From NCBI GenBank assembly GCA_027339965.1, contig DAHWNL010000078.1, forward strand, positions 96,001 through 160,000: a DNA stretch of 64,000 bases. Reading direction: 5' to 3'. Positions 57,804 through 64,000 of the stretch are shown in pieces (the first letter of the stretch is position 1; each line of letters begins with the position of its first letter). Made by a program: the position numbers and the translations under genes. This DNA comes from Granulicella sp. GTDB lineage: Bacteria > Acidobacteriota > Terriglobia > Terriglobales > Acidobacteriaceae. Under the pieces are notes generated by a model that saw only the letters and a list, made by a program, of their open reading frames with translations, had not been told where the DNA came from and made no database searches.

Positions 57804-58708
57804 TCAAGATCCCTAGCCGGAAAAAGGCATCATGAAGAATGTATCTTCTCTTTTTAGGACGCAGCACAGCCGGGGTGGTTGCTCGACCACCCCAAAAATC
57901 TTCTCCGTCCGGGCAACCAGCGGATTCGATTGGCGTCTATAACCTTTAGAAGGACCGCAGGCGGCCTCCGGTAAGAGACTCCCTTCTGTTCTGGCTCTGT
58001 TTTTCCTCGCTGGGTGGTCCGATTGGTGTCATGGGCACGGCAAAATCTCACGGCCCTCATCACTAGGGCGGACCTAGATGCAGGCGGGGTGGAGACAAGC
58101 ACGGCAAGCGGTGAGGTGATGTTCATGATGGAAGAGGGGCTAAGGTGGCAGAGCAGGCCATCCGCGATCTTGCCCGGCGTTCCAGTGCCTGAAGAACCAA
58201 AGCGAATCAGTGCTACCCGGCAGCTCCTGCCACGCAGGAATCGCTATCAAAAGGAGCCTGAAGGCTCCGAGCAAAAGCCTCGCTCGCCGGCTTTGGCCGG
58301 CCCGCCCGGCGGGCATCTCTCCTGGGCCACGATGATCGGGCATCAAGATGTGAGTTTTCCTACGCTCATCTCTTCTGCCGAGTCCAAGCCTCTGCTCAGC
58401 AGAACGGTCTTGCCAGAGAAGCGCCGACGACGAAAGCCGTATAGCCGATTTGGTCCCGGCAGGGCCCCTAACGTCATCTGCATGGCTCTGATCTCCGTTC
58501 CATGGACGCCCCAGATGCCGTTAGGCCGCCTCGGCAACGCTCAGCCGCAACGGGGCCCAGTCAGGTCAGCAATTGGCTTTGCATCCAACACCACTTTTTG
58601 CTTACGCAACAAGTGCAACTGACATCCCGCCTCTTGCGGAGGTATTTGGCTCGAGGTCGAACCTTTTGTGACACAAACCTCAGGAACACGAAAAGGAGAG
58701 TTCCTCTT

Positions 58709-59272
58709 ATGAAGAAATTGTGCCGTTTGATGGCGGTGGCTGCGTGCTCCGCTGTTTTTTTGCTGCCCATGGCATCTGCTGACAGCATCAAGGTCGACTA
58801 CAACCACCATACAAACTTTGCCAACTATCACACCTATTCGTGGGGCAAGGTGGTGGTTACGGATCCACTGGTGGCGTCACGTATCAAGCGAGTGGTCAAC
58901 GCTGACTTGCAGAAAGAAGGCTGGAAGGAAGTTCCCTCGGGTGGTCAGGTCACCATCATGGCGCATGACAACATCCACAATGAACAGGAGGAAGAGACCT
59001 TCTACAGTGGCATGGGCGGCGGCATGGGCGGCTGGGGCTGGGGCGGCTGGGGTATGGGTCCGGGTGGCGGCCTGGGCGAAGAAGACACCACGACGGAAAA
59101 TATTCGCGTAGCGCACCTTGTGATCGACGTGTTCCATACCCAGTCCAAGCATCTGCTATGGCGCGGCGTATCACGCGGTGAGTTGTCAGGAAAGCCGGCT
59201 GACAACAGAAAGCGCTTGTTCGAGGACATCGATAAGATGTTCAAAAACTTCCCTCCGAAACAGAAGCACTAA
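58709..59272 (+). CDS. DUF4136-family exported protein (copy 1)
   Basis: Signal peptide; VDYNH..NF..YHTYSW, Gly/Trp-rich loop, LVID...LLWRG and KMFKNFPP; AGGAG RBS. Confidence 0.8.
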   Translation: MKKLCRLMAVAACSAVFLLPMASADSIKVDYNHHTNFANYHTYSWGKVVVTDPLVASRIKRVVNADLQKEGWKEVPSGGQVTIMAHDNIHNEQEEETFYSGMGGGMGGWGWGGWGMGPGGGLGEEDTTTENIRVAHLVIDVFHTQSKHLLWRGVSRGELSGKPADNRKRLFEDIDKMFKNFPPKQKH

Positions 59273-60083
59273 TCGCAGGTTGAATTGACGCCGGCTACGG
59301 GCCGGCGAAAGTAGCGCACAGCGCGATGCCCTTGTAAACTTGACCCGAGGATTGGTGCAGCCAGTGAATTTCGGGCCGGTTCACATGTCATCGCACTGTG
59401 CGCAGTTCTTTGGTAACCCTCGTGGAGATGTGTTTCACACAGACCCATATCCGACCTCCCTTTCGGGACCTCGGCTACTTGCCCCGTCTACCCTGCAGTT
59501 CCGCTGCCAGCTTACGGACCTTACGTGTCACCTGACCAGTCCGGCAGCGAGAGATCACATCTAGCCACCGCTTCTCTGTTTCGGCCAGCTCGCCGTATCG
59601 CTGGCCCATAGCGGCGATAAGGATAAGGATGGCATGGCTGCTCGTTGCGCGACTTCGATCAGCCCGCCCCTGGCTCCGGACGCTGGGTAATCGGCTTCGC
59701 CCGTTGGAAGAAGCGCTTGCCCGGCGCTGAGCAGGCGAAGGGGTGGTTTCCTTGCCTTTTTGCTCTTCCTTTCTTGCCGATGGTGCGCTAAGCTTGAGTC
59801 GGCAGCTCTTCTCATGAACTAGCGATGCTCTGAATTCTCTCAAACTGAGTTGAGCGGTCGTGCCACTTGCAACTAGAGAAGGAATTCTCCATGGCTTCAC
59901 CGGTTTTTGCAATGCTTCGGCGCCACTCGGACGCAGTGCATCCAACCACTCCGGGTCTTGGGCACCTGGCACTTCCGTTCGGTTGAGGGAGCAAAGTCCG
60001 GTCTGCCTCCTGGGGAGGTTTTCGGGTTGGGATCTAATGTTTCCATGAAGCACGAGCTGGGATATAGAAGAGGGGGTTGTTGT

Positions 60084-60593
60084 ATGTTGAGACTTTTGCG
60101 ATGGGTGACGGTGGTAATTTGCTTCTCGGTATGCATCTTGCCGATGGCGTCTGCTGACAACATCAAGGTTGACTATAGCCATCAGGTAGATTTTTCTCAG
60201 TTTCACACCTATTCATGGGGCCGGATGCAGGTTCCGGACTCCCTGGTTGCCGCGCGGATTCAACGCAGAGTCAACCTTGCCCTACAAGAGGCTGGGTGGC
60301 GAGAGGTTCCCAGGGGCGGCCAGGTGATCATCATGGTCCAGGACGGCATCCACACGGAGCAAGAGCAAGAAACCTTCTACGAAGGGATGCGTATGGGCGT
60401 GTCCACTACGTCAGAGTACGATTACCGGGTGGCGCATCTTGTGATCGCCATCTTCAACACGCAGTCAAGGAATTTATTGTGGCGGGGCGTATCCAGGGGC
60501 GAGTTGACGGACAATCCATCTGCGAACAGGAAGCGGTTGTTTGAAGATATCGATAAGATGTTCAAAGGCTTCCCGCCGAAGCCGAGAAGCTGA
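60084..60593 (+). CDS. DUF4136-family exported protein (copy 2)
   Basis: Clear paralog of 58709-59272 lacking the Gly-rich loop. Confidence 0.78.
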   Translation: MLRLLRWVTVVICFSVCILPMASADNIKVDYSHQVDFSQFHTYSWGRMQVPDSLVAARIQRRVNLALQEAGWREVPRGGQVIIMVQDGIHTEQEQETFYEGMRMGVSTTSEYDYRVAHLVIAIFNTQSRNLLWRGVSRGELTDNPSANRKRLFEDIDKMFKGFPPKPRS

Positions 60594-60926
60594 TCGCTGT
60601 CTCGCTTCGTCGCTGATCTCTTCTCGCCGGCAAGAAATTTGGCCGGTTTGCTTCTGCTTGTTCCGCCGGGTTTGAGAAGTGCAGTAGAGCAACTCAAGCT
60701 AGCGGAACGCAAGGGGTCAGCATGCGCTCTATGCAAGCGCGCTATAGATGTTCCCTTGTGGATAGTCTTTAAGATGCGGGTTGGCTGTCACGGTTTCGTT
60801 CCACCCCGGGCAATCAAGCCTCCCGGGGATTTCGATCTTGGAGGAAACGCCCATCAACGTCAAGGCTTTGAGATAAACCTCCACAAGAAAATCCTCTCAT
60901 TGGCTTCAGATTCCACGTAGATCGGC

Positions 60927-62312
60927 TCAGTACAACTCCAGGACGATGCTGCCGCGAGGTGGCAGGCTGAGGACGATCCTCCGGGCAGGTTCGAAAACGG
61001 TATGGTTCCAGAGATTGCGTGATCGGAGCTTGGAGCCACGGATGCCCAGTTGCTTCCATGTGAAATTCACGGTCGCTTGGCTGTCAGAGAGATTGAAGAG
61101 CGCGAGATACTGAGAATCGCCACCGGAAGCTGCTTGGGCGACGGTCGCACTCCAGACGCTCAGGTTCCGAGAAGCTGGGCCCAGACGATTGGCGGAGATA
61201 GGACGGCTCGAAGTTGCATGCTGGTCGATGGAGAGCAGCGTTCGGTTGGTGAGCAGTGAGCGCGAAAGTGCGTTGAGGCGGGTAAGATTCCCGCCAAAAA
61301 ACAATGGGGCTCGGGCGAAGCACCAAAGGGCAAATTCGGTTCTCTGCTCATCAAATGTCTCACCCGATTCGCGCGCAACTCCCCAGCCTGGGCTTGGTCC
61401 CAACCATCCTTCGGGAAGCATGTCCGGATCCGGCCAGTGGCCGGGGCGGGCGTAGGAAGACCAGAAGGCGAGTCGCTGGAAGGCTTCTTCCACACCAAAC
61501 GGGAACTCGCCTTCCGGGTCGTGCCGAAATTTCCACCCGTCCCAATGGTCGCCGGAGATGCGCCACATCTGGGCCATGCCGGTGACTTCGCCGACCTCAC
61601 TCAAGGGTGGCGGGCCAGTGGCAAGACTGAGGACGATGGGCCGGCCGGCCTTGCGGATCGCTGTGGCGATCTGGCGTACCTCAGAGAGACGATACGGGTG
61701 GCCCGCGACGCAGTCCACTTTGAGAAAGTCGATACCCCAGGATGCGTAGAGCTTCATCATGGAGTCGTAGTAGGCTTGCCCGGCAGGGTTATCCTTTACT
61801 CCCCAGACGCCGGCAAACCACGGACAGGGAGCATTGGTGTCGGCGGCATCGGCGGCGCGAAAGCCAGTTCCAGCTATGGGCAGGTTGGCCGTGACGACCT
61901 GGCGAGGAATGCCGCGCACGATGTAGATGCCAAACTTGAGTCCACGCGCGTGAACCCAATCAGCAAGGGGTTTGAAGCCGGCGCCGTTTGCCGAAGACGG
62001 AAAGCGTCCGGGAGCGGGGATGAGCAGCCCGTTGCGATTCCAAACGTAGAATTTCTGCTCGACTGAGTGCCCTGTGGGATTGGCCATAAACCACCCAAGG
62101 TCGATTACAGCGTACCTCCACCCGTAGTTCGCCAGCGTACCAAGAACTGTTGCATTGGCCTTGAACTGATCCTCATTGATGGCGAGCCCATAGGCGTCCC
62201 AACTGTTCCAGCCCATGGGGGGCGTAGAGGCAAGGTCCTCGGCCAGGATGCGAACTCCGGCAAGGAAGAGAACCGCAAGCAGCGCCGCAGAGAGGGGGCG
62301 GTGTCTGGTCAT
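60927..62312 (-). CDS. Glycoside hydrolase family 27 (alpha-galactosidase/beta-L-arabinopyranosidase)
   Basis: TPPMGWNSW, GLKFGIY, FLKVDC (nucleophile), WRISGD (acid/base) and WPDPDML; signal peptide. Confidence 0.92.
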   Translation of the reverse strand: MTRHRPLSAALLAVLFLAGVRILAEDLASTPPMGWNSWDAYGLAINEDQFKANATVLGTLANYGWRYAVIDLGWFMANPTGHSVEQKFYVWNRNGLLIPAPGRFPSSANGAGFKPLADWVHARGLKFGIYIVRGIPRQVVTANLPIAGTGFRAADAADTNAPCPWFAGVWGVKDNPAGQAYYDSMMKLYASWGIDFLKVDCVAGHPYRLSEVRQIATAIRKAGRPIVLSLATGPPPLSEVGEVTGMAQMWRISGDHWDGWKFRHDPEGEFPFGVEEAFQRLAFWSSYARPGHWPDPDMLPEGWLGPSPGWGVARESGETFDEQRTEFALWCFARAPLFFGGNLTRLNALSRSLLTNRTLLSIDQHATSSRPISANRLGPASRNLSVWSATVAQAASGGDSQYLALFNLSDSQATVNFTWKQLGIRGSKLRSRNLWNHTVFEPARRIVLSLPPRGSIVLELY

Positions 62313-62582
62313 GTGGGAAGATATAGCACAATGATCAGCTCTAGCGGCGCGCGACGGACCAAAAGCGGGCGAAGCGTAGGTTGGAAGGTGGGACTCGACC
62401 TGTGCTGAAGCCAGAACTCGAGCACGGTGATACGATCAAAAGCTATCCGGCAGAGTCGATTGCTGTTGCAAGCTCTGCGCGCAACAAAGGCGAGAACGCG
62501 AGGGTTGTTTTGCGCCTGCGAGTTCCGGCAAAGTTCTCCTTAAGCCGTAAGCTCAGCCTGATGGCTTCCGATTGAGGTTTCG

Positions 62583-63521
62583 ATGGTGAAAAAGCGAAGA
62601 CGCAGTGCATGTTTTGCCGTAATAACGCTCATGGTTTTTCTAGACGGGGCCGCTGCGGCGGCGCAGAGCTCCGCCGTTGCCGCACCGGCTCAGGAGTTGT
62701 CCTGTTCTCTGCCCGGACTTACAGCGGATGCGGCAAAAGCACCCACAGTGAAGGAACTTCTTCAGGCTTATAACGCGCAGGGAAGATCGATTCGCAGCCT
62801 TCACGCCTTCTTGATGTTGCACGCTCAGGACAGTGCTGAACTGAATGGGAAGCTGAAAAATTCAAAGCCATTTCCGGCCATGCTCACCTTCAGGTCGCCG
62901 GCATCACTGCGATTGACGGGAGCCATCCCATTCTCTTCCCGCCGAATATTCGACCTCGCCAGCGACGGGCACACATTTGAACTGCTGACGCCCGAAGGCA
63001 AGACGATGCGCTTGATTCTGGGAGAGGTGGACGCGCCGGCTACTTCGCCCAATCCTCGAGAAGATATAAGGCCCCAAGCAATCCTGGAGGCAGTTCGGCT
63101 GCTTCCGGCGCGGCTTTCAGGCTCGCCAGTAGCCACACCCAGAAGGCCGGCTCACTCGACAACGGTCGATGTAGAACTCGATGCCTCCACCGGATCTGTA
63201 GCGGCTCAACTCGAATTCGATCTGCATTCCGGCACGATTTCACGTCTTTCCATCTCCGGCCCTCGGGGAAACTCTGGCACGGAAGTAGATTACTCCGACT
63301 GGCAACGTGAACCCGATGGGCGGCAAACAGGCAAGTTCGTCTGCTTCCCATCCCGCATCCTGGTTACGCAGCCAACGCAGGGCCGGCGGCTGGAGTTCAA
63401 GTTTCTTTCCATCGAGATGAACAAACCGACGCCGCTTTCGCAGTTTCGCTTTTTCCCGCCGCCGGGCGTTGTGGTTACACGGGTCGGACGCAGTGGTCGG
63501 GGGAGTGCAGCCAAGCCGTAG
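62583..63521 (+). CDS. Exported LolA/DUF4292-like protein
   Basis: Signal peptide; FDLASDG..F and DYSDW...FPSRI beta-rich pattern. Confidence 0.5.
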   Translation: MVKKRRRSACFAVITLMVFLDGAAAAAQSSAVAAPAQELSCSLPGLTADAAKAPTVKELLQAYNAQGRSIRSLHAFLMLHAQDSAELNGKLKNSKPFPAMLTFRSPASLRLTGAIPFSSRRIFDLASDGHTFELLTPEGKTMRLILGEVDAPATSPNPREDIRPQAILEAVRLLPARLSGSPVATPRRPAHSTTVDVELDASTGSVAAQLEFDLHSGTISRLSISGPRGNSGTEVDYSDWQREPDGRQTGKFVCFPSRILVTQPTQGRRLEFKFLSIEMNKPTPLSQFRFFPPPGVVVTRVGRSGRGSAAKP

Positions 63522-64000
63522 CCTGAAGCGGCAACTCGCACAGGCAGGCGTGTACCGGGCGCATCTTCGTTCCATAGGCGGCGTACCCAGACCAAAGCGC
63601 AATCGTCTGAGCGCATTCGAGGGCACCCAATCGTTCCAGATCTCAGCTAATCGAGTTGCAGGTTCCCCTGGTAGATGATGAACTTACCTCGCCCGGTGCC
63701 GGGGGATCGCCACGACATTTTCCCTGTTGCAAATTTTTTTACGAAACTGCCGTGATAGAACGCGCAGAACACACACTTAACAATAAGGGCTGCAAGGTTA
63801 CGTTTAGGCAATAGGACGAAACGTGCGCGGAGACGTGTCTCCGTTTGGCCCCAGTGCGAGGTCATAGATGATTTCGAAGGGGTTTGGAATATTCCTGATC
63901 GGGGCCGTGCTCCGCTTCTTCCCTGCCTGCGGAGCACAGAGCTGGCAGCCGTCTGTCGCAGATGGAATAGCGTCCGGGAACGCAGTTACCCGTCCCATGG

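Noticed and set aside
1..64000. tRNA, rRNA or known riboswitch genes
   Set aside because: None recognisable by eye. An Infernal/tRNAscan run would be needed to exclude them.

Overview
GC-rich bacterial window, most likely Acidobacteriota (Terriglobia). This is inferred from the Oar-type TonB-dependent receptor, the TPEP-type PEP-CTERM protein and the gene complement. Left part (0.3-21.6 kb): a LacI-operator-controlled sugar utilisation locus (TBDR, GH3, Tat-exported (alpha/alpha)6 glycosidase, alditol-oxidase-like flavoprotein, SDR), a sigma54-driven PEP-CTERM gene, bifunctional nuclease/miaB, a leucine-catabolism (liu-like) cluster and uxaC. Central ~32 kb (21.9-54.2 kb): a heme-rich redox island with 19 CxxCH motifs. 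A zinc-finger-fused ECF sigma factor is divergent from an operon encoding a cupredoxin, a GltD/NfnB-type Fe-S flavoprotein, a non-canonical Rieske/cytochrome b6/subunit IV set (APWY instead of PEWY), an octaheme cytochrome, a lipoprotein cytochrome and two Cyc2-type cytochrome-porins (the second has one CAG>TAG stop). After an IS3 remnant comes a tightly coupled operon with DAHP synthase, a hydrazine-synthase-alpha-like protein, a CRTAC1/FG-GAP protein, a fused hydrazine-synthase-beta/gamma-like protein, a propeller protein, a chorismatase-like Rid protein and a solute-binding protein. After an IS66 remnant and a HipA-like kinase comes a tetraheme-NrfC-NrfD quinol module. Right part: a lipoprotein, glgP, two DUF4136 paralogs, a GH27 glycosidase and a LolA-like protein. 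The best candidate for an undescribed system is the anammox-like (HZS-homolog plus NAD(P)H-linked Rieske/cytb) module wired to Cyc2 in a non-anammox organism. All family assignments come from motif recognition by eye; no database searches were run.
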